From NCBI RefSeq assembly GCF_045120835.1, contig NZ_JBGVFE010000115.1, forward strand, positions 2,499 to 34,498: a DNA stretch of 32,000 nt. The letters run 5' to 3'. The notes beneath the pieces were generated by a model, which saw nothing but the letters and a program-made list of their open reading frames with translations, was not told the DNA's origin and did not search any database. Both the position numbers and the translations under genes were made by a program. Shown here piece by piece: positions 17,810 to 27,321 of the stretch (position 1 is its first letter; each line of letters begins with the position of its first letter). Source of the stretch: Methanobrevibacter sp. (GTDB lineage: Archaea > Methanobacteriota > Methanobacteria > Methanobacteriales > Methanobacteriaceae).

Positions 17810-19310
17810 GAACAAGACCTTCGGAGTTATTGGTGTTTGCGGAGCAAACGGTAATTTAGTAGCCAGAATATTAAAACAACGCGGCTATAATGTAATAGGC
17901 ACTGATGTGACCTTCAAAAAGGACTGCAGATTTGCGAATGCTCTTGAAGGATATGACATTGATGTGTATTATGGACAGACTCCCGAAGCTTTTTTCAAAA
18001 GGGCAGACTATATTATTCCTCCTTTGAGTCTTCCTGAAGATGCTGAAATACTCAAAAACTGCGATAAGCCGATTTTGAAACTTCCGGAAGTTATAGAAAT
18101 GATCAAGCCCGAAAAGCCGGTATTCGGAATAACCGGTACAAACGGCAAGACAACTTCCACAACACTGCTCAAGCTTATCGCTTATGACAATGGGATAAAG
18201 CCTTGCGAACATGACCTTGAAGGAATGCAGGGAAATGCCGAATTCATTCCAATTCTCCAGTCAAGACTTAACGGCGATGTCGGAATTCTTGAAGTCGGAA
18301 CATTCGGAATTCCCGGAACCGTTGGAAGAATTGTAAAAAATACGGACATGTCAGCCGGTCTGATTACGAATATAACTCCCGATCATTTGAACGATTTGGG
18401 CAGTTTCATGGATTACGCCAACGTCAAGGGAGAATTCATCACTGAATTGGGTATCGGACAGCTGATTGTAAACGGCCATGACCCTACAATAATGGGCCTT
18501 TTGAAGGAACTCGACTTTAAGGGAGAGGTCATAACCTTCGGTGTGGATGAGCTTCCAGATTCCATAGGCATGAAGGAGTGTGTCTGCGGACGTGAAGTTG
18601 CCGTAAAGGAAATAATCTCCGGTTGCGGATACTATTTCTGTCAGTGCGGAGTAACCACTCCTCAGGTGGACTATATTGCAACAAATGTTGATTTGGCCAA
18701 CCGTACCTTTGATTTGCACACTCCAACCGAAAAGCTGACAGTCAAGATGGGAATCGATGGTCTTCACAATGTCTATAACGTTACAGGCGTAATAATTGCG
18801 GCCCATGAATTCCTTGACTTGCCTTATGAAAAAATCCTGCCGACAATTGCCGCCTTTACAGGTGTAAGTGGAAGAATGGAAGAGGTAGGTGAGGTAAAGG
18901 GAAAAGACATATTTGTCGATTATGCCCACAATCCTGCAGGTGTGGAGACAGTGCTTAAGGAATTTAAAAAACTATTCGGAGACTTCACAACCGTCATAAC
19001 AGTATCTTCCGAATCCGGTTACATCGGTGATATAGACATATTCAACAGCGTCTTGAAATTTTCAAAATTCATAGTGCCGGCTTCTGTAGCATCACAGAAA
19101 ATTGCACTTCAGAAGTTAAAGGACAATCCAAAATTAAATGACAGAATATTCCTGAATCATGTTGATGATTTTGAAAAGAAAGGAACTCTTGGAGCATCAG
19201 AAGAGGAAGTTCGCGATGGTTTGAGAAAGGCATTAAACTTGGATTGTGAAATGGTAATAGCTATCGGTGAAGCTGCTACTAAATACAAATCTATAGTTTT
19301 TGAATTATAA
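17802..19310 (+). CDS. Mur-ligase family protein (second pseudomurein peptide ligase paralog with a Cys-rich insertion)
   Basis: The N-terminus is VIGVCGANGNLVARIL. The P-loop is GITGTNGKTTSTTLL. ITNITPDHLN and VDYAHNPAG are present. The ATG overlaps the upstream stop (ATGTATAA, 8-nt overlap). Confidence 0.8.
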   Translation: MYKNKTFGVIGVCGANGNLVARILKQRGYNVIGTDVTFKKDCRFANALEGYDIDVYYGQTPEAFFKRADYIIPPLSLPEDAEILKNCDKPILKLPEVIEMIKPEKPVFGITGTNGKTTSTTLLKLIAYDNGIKPCEHDLEGMQGNAEFIPILQSRLNGDVGILEVGTFGIPGTVGRIVKNTDMSAGLITNITPDHLNDLGSFMDYANVKGEFITELGIGQLIVNGHDPTIMGLLKELDFKGEVITFGVDELPDSIGMKECVCGREVAVKEIISGCGYYFCQCGVTTPQVDYIATNVDLANRTFDLHTPTEKLTVKMGIDGLHNVYNVTGVIIAAHEFLDLPYEKILPTIAAFTGVSGRMEEVGEVKGKDIFVDYAHNPAGVETVLKEFKKLFGDFTTVITVSSESGYIGDIDIFNSVLKFSKFIVPASVASQKIALQKLKDNPKLNDRIFLNHVDDFEKKGTLGASEEEVRDGLRKALNLDCEMVIAIGEAATKYKSIVFEL

Positions 19311-19323
19311 TTCAAAAGTTTTT
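19296..19323 (+). terminator. Hairpin plus T-tract terminator of the Mur-ligase operon
   Basis: The perfect 20-nt palindrome TTTTGAATTA|TAATTCAAAA (19298-19317) is centred on the TAA stop. It can be extended by two G-U pairs and is followed by GTTTTT. Confidence 0.55.
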
Positions 19324-19675
19324 GGCGGATTGCCTGAAAATCAGATATTGTAGCGGTGCCTGCAATTGCAAATATTTCAAATGCAGGGTTATCGCCAGTC
19401 TCATATAGGCTTTTTACTCGATTACCTTTTGTTTTAACTATATGGAATCGACGAATTCCACTTTTCTTTTAAAAAAGTTATTTCATCACTCATTTTTTAT
19501 ATATTATGCATTTGTTACTTACAGTTTATTTTAAGACCTATAATGGATTGTAACTTTTGGGTAACATAGTTACCTTCTGGCAACTTTAAAATTGATGCTG
19601 ATTTAATGAATTCGGTATTACTTTTCACACGCTCTCTCAACCTTTTAATATAACTTTAAATTAATATGATAGTAT

Positions 19676-21994
19676 ATGACTAGCTACATAAATCATCCCT
19701 TGTTGAAAAAAGATGCGATTGAATCAAGGCTCTACCAGCAGATTCTTGCGGGTGACGTCTTGAAAAAAGGCAATACCATGGTTGTTGCACCTACAGCATT
19801 AGGTAAAACAATTGTGGCAATTCTTGTAGCTGCAGATAGGTTAAACAAAGTCAAAAACTCAAAAGTCCTTGTTCTTGCACCATCAAAGCCCTTGGCAATT
19901 CAGCATGAGGAAAGCTTTAAGGAATTCATTACACTTCCATGCTCATCCCTGACCGGTGCGGTTAAAACAGACGAGCGAATTAAAAGATGGGAAGAGTCAA
20001 GAATCATCTGTGCGACTCCGCAGACCGTAGAATCCGATTTGCTGAATGGAAGGTATGATTTGAGTAGCGTGTCATTAATAGTTTTTGATGAGTGCCATCA
20101 CGGAGTCGGATCTTATTCTTATGTTTATCTGGCATCAAGGTATGTTCAGGAATCCAAATTCAATCTCATTTTGGGGCTTACCGCTTCACCGGGTTCAGAC
20201 AAGTTCAAAATCAAGGAGGTATGCGAAAACCTCTACATTCAAAACATTGTAGTCAAAACTGAAGACGACAGTGACGTAAAGCCATACTTCAATCCGGTCG
20301 ATATAGAATGGGTCAGAATCAAGATGAGCAGTGAGCTTGCAAAAATCAAGGAATATGTTGACAAGTCCCTAAAGGTAAGGCTTAAGGCCTTAAAGAATAT
20401 GGGCATTATTAAAACCGTTTCAGTCAATAAGGTCGATATTTTAAAGGCAAGGGGCCGTGTTCAGGGCGAAATTGCACGTTCAGCCAATCCCGACAAGGAC
20501 CTCTTCCAGGCAATATCCATTTTAAGTGCGGTTATCAATATCCAGCATGCTCAGGAGCTGATTGAAACCCAGGGAGTTCAGACTTTCAACAAATACATTG
20601 CCCGGCTGCGTAAAAAGCAAACCAAGGCGGCAAAGTCACTGATGTGGGATGATAATTTCGCCCGTGCAATCAAGCTTGCAAGGGATGCCGAAAAGCACGG
20701 TTTGGAACATCCGAAATTGCGTGAAATAACCAAAATCCTAAAGCAGGAATTAGGGGACAATGGCCAATCAAAGCTTACCACCTCCCGTTTTGATGATAAA
20801 AGTGATGAAACCGCTTCAAAAATCATCGTGTTCACACAATATCGCGATACCCTTGAGATGATTCACCAAAAGCTTGAAAGGGAAGGAATCAAATCAGCGA
20901 AATTCTTTGGCCAGGCCGCAAAGGACGGTGAAAAGGGGCTGACTCAAAAGCAGCAGAAGGCAATTATCAAGTCTTTCAGAATGGGGGAATATGACGTACT
21001 GCTTTCAACAAGCGTTGCTGAGGAAGGTATTGACATACCTGCCGTTGACTTGGTTGTATTGTATGAGCCGGTTCCTTCTGAAGTTCGTATGATTCAGAGA
21101 AGAGGAAGGACAGGACGTAAGCGAACAGGCCGTGTCAAGGTTTTGATTACTGAGGGAACCCGTGACGAGGGATACTACTGGTCAAGCATGAGAAAAGAGG
21201 ACCGTATGAAAAACCAGCTGATTGACCCTAAGGTATTGGAGGAACTGAACGCTTCAGCCATTGAAAGAATGGAAAATCAAAGGAACGTGAAGGTCATTGA
21301 AAAGGAAAAAGAGGAAAATGATTTCCCGGTTGTCTATGCCGATTCACGTGAGGGAAATTCAAAGGTGATTAGACATCTCACCGAAATGGAAATCGATGTC
21401 AAGGTTCGCCCGATGGCGGTCGCCGACTATCAGGTCAGCGATGAGGTGGCCATAGAGAGAAAGACCGCAAAGGATTTCGTAGACTCTATTGTTGATAAGA
21501 GATTATTCAAACAGGCTAAGGAACTGTCCGAAGAGTTCAAGCATCCCATTTTAATTCTTGAAGGGGATGACCTATACACAGGATTTATAAATCCCAATGC
21601 AATCAGAGGATCCATGGCATCCATTGCAATCGATTTTGGAATAAGCATACTGCCGACAAGAAACGCTCAGGATACGGCAGCCATGATTAAAAGAATCGCC
21701 ATTCGTGAACAGAGCGGTGAGAGAACTCCGATTCAAATCAGAACAGATAAAAAGCCGGTCAGCTTAATGGAACAGCAGCTGTTCATTATTGAATCCCTGC
21801 CGAATATAGGTCCGGTCAATGCCAAAAACTTGCTTAAACACTTTGGTAGTGTAGAGAAGGTCCTTAACGCCACTGAAAGTGAGCTTCAGGAAGTTGAAGG
21901 TATAGGTAAAAAAACAGCAAAGGACATCAGGAAGGTAGTAGAGTCAAAATACCTCTATTTTGAAAAGGAAATTAAGGAGAAAAAGCTTCTCTAG
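19676..21994 (+). CDS. hef: Hef: helicase-associated endonuclease for fork-structured DNA (archaeal XPF/FANCM homolog)
   Basis: The SF2 helicase motifs are APTALGKT, DECHH, TASP and QRRGRTGR. The ERCC4 nuclease motif is VAIERKTAKDF. The C-terminus has an HhH2 (GIGKKTAKDI). Confidence 0.92.
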   Translation: MTSYINHPLLKKDAIESRLYQQILAGDVLKKGNTMVVAPTALGKTIVAILVAADRLNKVKNSKVLVLAPSKPLAIQHEESFKEFITLPCSSLTGAVKTDERIKRWEESRIICATPQTVESDLLNGRYDLSSVSLIVFDECHHGVGSYSYVYLASRYVQESKFNLILGLTASPGSDKFKIKEVCENLYIQNIVVKTEDDSDVKPYFNPVDIEWVRIKMSSELAKIKEYVDKSLKVRLKALKNMGIIKTVSVNKVDILKARGRVQGEIARSANPDKDLFQAISILSAVINIQHAQELIETQGVQTFNKYIARLRKKQTKAAKSLMWDDNFARAIKLARDAEKHGLEHPKLREITKILKQELGDNGQSKLTTSRFDDKSDETASKIIVFTQYRDTLEMIHQKLEREGIKSAKFFGQAAKDGEKGLTQKQQKAIIKSFRMGEYDVLLSTSVAEEGIDIPAVDLVVLYEPVPSEVRMIQRRGRTGRKRTGRVKVLITEGTRDEGYYWSSMRKEDRMKNQLIDPKVLEELNASAIERMENQRNVKVIEKEKEENDFPVVYADSREGNSKVIRHLTEMEIDVKVRPMAVADYQVSDEVAIERKTAKDFVDSIVDKRLFKQAKELSEEFKHPILILEGDDLYTGFINPNAIRGSMASIAIDFGISILPTRNAQDTAAMIKRIAIREQSGERTPIQIRTDKKPVSLMEQQLFIIESLPNIGPVNAKNLLKHFGSVEKVLNATESELQEVEGIGKKTAKDIRKVVESKYLYFEKEIKEKKLL

Positions 21995-22740
21995 AAGTTC
22001 TTTTTCATGTATTCATAACTTTTTTTAATGGAATCATAGTCATTTACTTCAATGATATAGATGCCCTCATAATTTTTATTCTCTAAAGTATTGACTATAC
22101 GTTTTAAATCAATGGAGCCCTCACCTAATGATAGGTGTGCATCGTCATCACCAAAATTATCGTGGATATGTATGTGTTTAATCGAATCAAAAATCATCTC
22201 GTCTGGAGAATATCCAGCATGATTTGCATGGCCGATATCCAGTGTCATGCCCATATCCAGACTGACAAGCAAATCGTTTAAATCATTAATGTCCTGATAG
22301 ATCATGGCGTCAAAGGTAGGCATGTTCTCGATTGTTGTTAAAACTCCCAAATCTCTGCTGTAGTCATTGATTTCTGCAATTGACTCATTGGCAAGTTTGT
22401 AAACGTCATCTAGGAAATATTTTTTCGCTAGAAATGATGCAAGTCCCGGATGAACAACAACTGCTTCGGCATCAATTTCATTGGCAAGGTCGATGGAATT
22501 TTTCATCTGGTCAATGGAGTTTGCTCTGCTCTTGTCCTGAAGAGTCGCAATATTGACGTCCATAAAAGGCGCATGAATGGTGTATTTGAGGTTGTAACTT
22601 TCCAGAATGTCAGGGACAATGTGTTCTGAAGGGAACTGATGAACCAGTTCAGCATATTCAATCCCCAAACTTTCGATAAATTCCAGTGCATTTTCCAAAT
22701 CGTATTCTATTCCGGCTAGTGTTGATGCTCCAATCTTCAT
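21991..22740 (-). CDS. Xylose-isomerase-like TIM-barrel protein (sugar phosphate isomerase/epimerase family)
   Basis: MKIGASTLAG, VVHPG and IHIHDN are metal-ligand-like motifs of the AP endonuclease 2 / xylose isomerase-like fold. The start is taken at ATG 22740, 4 nt after the upstream stop, rather than 22794. Confidence 0.7.
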   Translation of the reverse strand: MKIGASTLAGIEYDLENALEFIESLGIEYAELVHQFPSEHIVPDILESYNLKYTIHAPFMDVNIATLQDKSRANSIDQMKNSIDLANEIDAEAVVVHPGLASFLAKKYFLDDVYKLANESIAEINDYSRDLGVLTTIENMPTFDAMIYQDINDLNDLLVSLDMGMTLDIGHANHAGYSPDEMIFDSIKHIHIHDNFGDDDAHLSLGEGSIDLKRIVNTLENKNYEGIYIIEVNDYDSIKKSYEYMKKNF

Positions 22741-22744
22741 GATA

Positions 22745-24589
22745 TCACATTTTCTGAACTGCAGTAATCTTGAATCCCATTTCAAGTGCTTCAATAATAA
22801 AGTCAGATAGTTCTATTCCTCTTTTGATTTTTATTTCCCCTTTTTTGGAGGTTGTTGCGGTTAACAGATACTCCCCATCGATTTGAATGTCAAAGTTCTT
22901 GCGGCCGTTGTCTTTTCCAAGTTCGAGTATCAGCTGTTTTTTGGTGTGGAGAATGTCAACTTCAAAGGGTGCCCTGCTGACAGGCTTTGAATCAATCACT
23001 TCCACTCCCAGACTTATTCCGATGCTTTCCTCAATTTCAGCAATCCTTTTTCCGTTTTTGCCGATGATTTTAGGAATGAACTCTTCCGGAATGTAGATGT
23101 TTGCCCTTTCAGGTGAAATGACTTCAACATCAACCTTGGCCTTTTTTGGAACAAGCTTTTTGACTTTCCTTAAGATTTCCTTTTCGGCTATCCTGTCGAC
23201 TGATGACTTGAAAGTCTCATCATTGTTTTTTCCGTTCACCAGGTCGATGTCCATTACGATGGTCTGCTCACCGTATGTGTAGATTTCATTTTTAAGCTCG
23301 CCGCTTTCAAAGTCTCTAACTTCAATCACCGGCCTTGCAAGGTCAGCTTCTTTCATTCCAGTTGGAACCTTTACGGTCATTCTGGTTTCATAAACGCTTC
23401 TGACCTGTCCGTCTTCAATGTAGATGCTTGTATCCACAATTGACGGGATTACTCCAAGCTCCACTCTTGATGCGATTCTTTGAATTGCATCTATCGGACG
23501 TGTTGCATGGACTACTCCAATCATTCCGACTCCGGCAAGCCTCATGTCTGCGAAAATGTTAAAGTCAACGTTTTTCCTAAGCTCGTCATAAATCGTATAG
23601 TCCGGCCTTACAAGCAGAAGCACATCAGCCGTGTTTTCCATGCTGCCTTCCAAAGGGGCGTATTGGGTTATTTCATCCGGCAGCTGCAGGTCTCTTGGCG
23701 ATTCCATTGTCTTTACAATCTTATTCAGTTTTGATGAGTAGTATTTTCCGATTGCCTGTACAAAAGTTGATTTTCCAGCACCCGGAGATCCGGAAATCAG
23801 TATCCCTTCAGCATTTGTGCGGATTCTTTCCAGTAATTTCTCAGACAGGTGATATTCATTCAAATCAATATTGGCTACCGGTCGGACTGCAGTAATCTCC
23901 AAAGCTTCAGAAAATGGAGGGTAGGCTATTGAAATCCTGTATTCACGGGATTGGATAACATAGGAACCTTCCTTTTCACTTTCCAGATAGGTTTTAGGGT
24001 CATTTTTTGCCTTGTCAAGTATCTCTTCAACAATCCTTTGAAGTTCCCTGTAGGTGTAGCGCTTCTCGTTGAGTATTTCAAAATCGATATGGCCGGGGGT
24101 TCCCTTTTTGGCCATCGGCACGACGTTTTCCTTCAGGTGCACCGACATTGTGGTGTCGTCAAAATACTTCTCGATTGAAAGTGGCTTTTCGCGGTATTTC
24201 TGTTCATAAAAATAGACTGGTATTCCCTGTGATTTTGCAACTTCTGCCTGCACCTTGTCATTTGTGAGGAGTGTTCCCATTTCGCTTCTTGCAAGGTCAC
24301 GGATTATGCTGTCTATTTCACCGCTTTTGGCATATCTGATATCATAATTGCTCGGCCTTTTGCCTTTAAATGTAACTGCAAGCTCTCCTTCGTCCTGCAG
24401 GTCCTGAAGTTTCTGAAGTTCCTTAAGTCCCTTTCGGCCTTCGGGCCTGTTTGCATTGGCCTGGTGTTCCAGTTCACAAACCACCGCTTCTGGCACGATG
24501 ATTTCGGGAAAATCCAAGTCTTCCTTTTCCATGATTTTGGAGATTGCGCCTATAATCACGGCACTTGTATCGGGTATTATACATTTCAT
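22745..24589 (-). CDS. PIN domain - PilT-like ATPase - KH domain protein (COG1855-type conserved archaeal ATPase)
   Basis: The N-terminal PIN has IIPDTSAVI plus acidic residues. The Walker A is ISGSPGAGKSTF. The C-terminal KH has the GxxG motif IIGKNGKRIAEIEE. Confidence 0.75.
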   Translation of the reverse strand: MKCIIPDTSAVIIGAISKIMEKEDLDFPEIIVPEAVVCELEHQANANRPEGRKGLKELQKLQDLQDEGELAVTFKGKRPSNYDIRYAKSGEIDSIIRDLARSEMGTLLTNDKVQAEVAKSQGIPVYFYEQKYREKPLSIEKYFDDTTMSVHLKENVVPMAKKGTPGHIDFEILNEKRYTYRELQRIVEEILDKAKNDPKTYLESEKEGSYVIQSREYRISIAYPPFSEALEITAVRPVANIDLNEYHLSEKLLERIRTNAEGILISGSPGAGKSTFVQAIGKYYSSKLNKIVKTMESPRDLQLPDEITQYAPLEGSMENTADVLLLVRPDYTIYDELRKNVDFNIFADMRLAGVGMIGVVHATRPIDAIQRIASRVELGVIPSIVDTSIYIEDGQVRSVYETRMTVKVPTGMKEADLARPVIEVRDFESGELKNEIYTYGEQTIVMDIDLVNGKNNDETFKSSVDRIAEKEILRKVKKLVPKKAKVDVEVISPERANIYIPEEFIPKIIGKNGKRIAEIEESIGISLGVEVIDSKPVSRAPFEVDILHTKKQLILELGKDNGRKNFDIQIDGEYLLTATTSKKGEIKIKRGIELSDFIIEALEMGFKITAVQKM

Positions 24590-24997
24590 TTAATACACAT
24601 CGTCGGGGTTTACTAATCTTTTTAGAATAATTTCAACATCTTCCTCATTCATGTTGTCGATGTCGATTCTGTTTTCGGTGTTGAGGCGTCTGAAAAAGCA
24701 TGAACGGTAACCTTCATGGCAGGCTGCACCGGTCTGGGAAATCTTTAGGACAATCGCATCCATGTCACAGTCGACGAGGATTTCATGAACGTCCTGAAAG
24801 TGTCCTGATGATTCGCCCTTGAGCCATAGCTTGTTTCTTGAGGTGCTCCAATAGTGGGCCTTGCCTGTCTGGATGGTCTTTATTAAAGCTTCCTTGTTCA
24901 TATTGGCAAGCATCAGTATTTCATTTGTCTCGGCGTCCTGTGCAACTGCAGTGATTACCTTGACGCCATTGATTTCATGTCTAAAGTTGATATTCAT
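24590..24997 (-). CDS. hisI: Phosphoribosyl-AMP cyclohydrolase
   Basis: The motifs are [34 protein letters not shown] and [14 protein letters not shown]. Confidence 0.93.
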   Translation of the reverse strand: MNINFRHEINGVKVITAVAQDAETNEILMLANMNKEALIKTIQTGKAHYWSTSRNKLWLKGESSGHFQDVHEILVDCDMDAIVLKISQTGAACHEGYRSCFFRRLNTENRIDIDNMNEEDVEIILKRLVNPDDVY

Positions 24998-24998
24998 T

Positions 24999-26294
24999 TT
25001 ATTCCTCTTTTAAGTAATCTGTAAGGTTGTCAATTTCAATCTGGTCCTGATTTCCTGAAATCATGTCTTTGACGGTTACCTTGCCTTCGGCGAGGTCCTT
25101 TTCACCGACAATGATTATTTTCGGCACTTTGATTTTATCTGCATAATTCATAAGCTTCTTGAATTTTTTGCCGTTCAGGTCAACGTCCGTTTTAATCTGG
25201 TTTTCCCTTAGGAGTTGTGTTATTTCAAATGCTTTTTTGCGCACATCCTTTGAGATTGGAGCTACATAAACGTCCAGGTGTGAAGGCAGCTCTTCCTGTT
25301 CTGTAAGCTCTTCAATTGCATTCATCAATCTGTCAAATCCAAGTGCAAAACCTGTTGATTCTACTTCCTGTCCTCCAAAGACTTTGACAAGGGAGTATGA
25401 TCCTCCGCCGCATATCTGCTTTTGGGCTCCGAGTTGGGGAACGTAAATCTCGAACACGATTCCGGTGTAGTAGTCAAGACCCCTTGCAACGCCTAAATTG
25501 AGAGTGTAATTTTCAACCTGGAATGCTTCAAGCAGGGCAATTAATTCTTTCAGCTCTTCAAGGGATTCTTTTGGCTCATCGTAAGGTGCAATCAACTCTT
25601 CAACTTCTGTGATGATTGACTTGTCTCCTACAAGGTCAATAAGTTTCAATAGAATCTGGTTCAGCTCGTCATTGTCGATTACAGGAGCGTCCCCGCTAAG
25701 CGATTCGATTAAAAGGTCCTTATCTCCCTTGTCGATTACGACCATGATTTCCCTTTGAGTTTCCTGTGAGATGTCAAAGTGCTTGAAAAGTCCCCTGATG
25801 ATTCCCAAATGGTTGATGTTAACGTCAGCGGTTGTGATTCCAAGTGATTGGATTGCATCGCTGCACAGTGCAATCACTTCAGCTTCGCCCTGAGGGGTTT
25901 TTGCGCCGATTAGTTCACAGCCGAATTGCCAAAACTGTCTGAACCTGCCTTTTTGAGGTCTTTCATATCTAAAGCAGCTTCCATAATAATACAGCTTTAT
26001 CGGTTTGACTGCTGTTTTTTCAAGTTCGTTAAGGTATAATCTTGCAACCGGAGCTGTTATTTCAGGCCTTAAAGTCAAATCCCTGTCGGACTTGTCTTTG
26101 AAGTTGTATAACTGGTCTACAATTTCCTCTCCGGATTTTGTTGTAAATAAGCTTAATTCTTCAAATAAAGGTGTTTTGATTTCTTGATAACCATAACTTT
26201 CAAATACATTTCTTAAGGTACCTTCTGCTTTTTTTCTTTGTCTCATCTCATCAAATAAGAAATCTCTTGTACCTCTTGGTCTTGTAAATTCCAT
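24999..26294 (-). CDS. hisS: Histidine--tRNA ligase
   Basis: The N-terminus is [13 protein letters not shown]. Class II motifs are [29 protein letters not shown] and GGGSY. The SD AAGGAGTG lies upstream. Confidence 0.95.
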   Translation of the reverse strand: MEFTRPRGTRDFLFDEMRQRKKAEGTLRNVFESYGYQEIKTPLFEELSLFTTKSGEEIVDQLYNFKDKSDRDLTLRPEITAPVARLYLNELEKTAVKPIKLYYYGSCFRYERPQKGRFRQFWQFGCELIGAKTPQGEAEVIALCSDAIQSLGITTADVNINHLGIIRGLFKHFDISQETQREIMVVIDKGDKDLLIESLSGDAPVIDNDELNQILLKLIDLVGDKSIITEVEELIAPYDEPKESLEELKELIALLEAFQVENYTLNLGVARGLDYYTGIVFEIYVPQLGAQKQICGGGSYSLVKVFGGQEVESTGFALGFDRLMNAIEELTEQEELPSHLDVYVAPISKDVRKKAFEITQLLRENQIKTDVDLNGKKFKKLMNYADKIKVPKIIIVGEKDLAEGKVTVKDMISGNQDQIEIDNLTDYLKEE

Positions 26295-26465
26295 TTTTAC
26301 ACTCCTTGTATATAATATAGTATAATTTAAATATGTACCTGCAAAGTTATATATTCTTTGGATTATGCTCTTTTTTAGATGTTGATTTTAAGTTGCCACT
26401 TTTTAATTCAATATTCATGCCACGTTTAAAAAATTATTTATATTCTCATCAATCAACTATTAACT

Positions 26466-27314
26466 ATGAATATAAAGGGCAGTACAGATATTGTAGGTTT
26501 GATAGGCCATCCTGTTGAACATAGCTTTTCACCCCCAATGCACAATGCCGCTTTTCAGGCTTTGGGAATGGACTATGCTTATGTTGCCTTTGACGTTGAC
26601 CCCTCAGATTTGAAATTGGCGATTGAGGGAGCTGATGCATTAAACATCAAAGGATTCAACGTGACAATACCTCACAAGATTGAAGTGATGAATTACCTGA
26701 ATGAATTGGATGAAGTGGCCGGATTGATAGGCGCAGTCAATACGATTGACTTTAAAAATCTAAAGGGTTATAATACTGATGGAATCGGTGCAATTAAGGC
26801 TATTGAAGAGGTAACCGGCGTTTGCGATAAGAATGTTGTGGTTGCGGGTGCCGGCGGGGCATCAAGGGCAATATCATTTTATCTTGCAAAATACGGCGCT
26901 GAATCAATAACAATCTTAAACAGGAATGTCGATAAGGCAAAAAGCTTGGCAGGAGATGTTTTGGATTCAAAATTGATTGGTGAAGTCAATTCAGACTCAA
27001 TTTTACAAATCGAAGATTGCCTGAAAGATGCCGATATTCTGGTTGACACAACCCCTTTGGGAATGGATCCCCATATTGATGATGTGCCTGTTGCAACCTC
27101 AGACATGATGCATGAGGATTTGGTCGTTTTTGATGCAGTATATAATCCTAATGAAACCGTTTTGCTGAAAGAAGCCATCAAGGCAGGAGCAAAGCCAGTC
27201 TATGGAATCAAGATGTTGCTTTACCAGGGTGCGGAAAGCTTTAAAATCTGGACAGGTCAGGATGCACCTATTGACGTTATGGAGAAGGCCCTAAGGGATA
27301 CCTTAAACTTATAG
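26466..27314 (+). CDS. aroE: Shikimate dehydrogenase
   Basis: The motifs are GLIGHPVEHSFSPPMHNAAF, NVTIPHK, NTDGIG and GAGGASRA. Confidence 0.93.
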   Translation: MNIKGSTDIVGLIGHPVEHSFSPPMHNAAFQALGMDYAYVAFDVDPSDLKLAIEGADALNIKGFNVTIPHKIEVMNYLNELDEVAGLIGAVNTIDFKNLKGYNTDGIGAIKAIEEVTGVCDKNVVVAGAGGASRAISFYLAKYGAESITILNRNVDKAKSLAGDVLDSKLIGEVNSDSILQIEDCLKDADILVDTTPLGMDPHIDDVPVATSDMMHEDLVVFDAVYNPNETVLLKEAIKAGAKPVYGIKMLLYQGAESFKIWTGQDAPIDVMEKALRDTLNL

Positions 27315-27321
27315 TGATAAT

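Noticed and set aside
19312-19404. A 30-aa minus-strand ORF (MRLAITLHLKYLQLQAPLQYLIFRQSAKNF) in the long spacer.
   Set aside because: There is no SD within a suitable distance. It overlaps the Mur-operon terminator palindrome and has no recognisable features.
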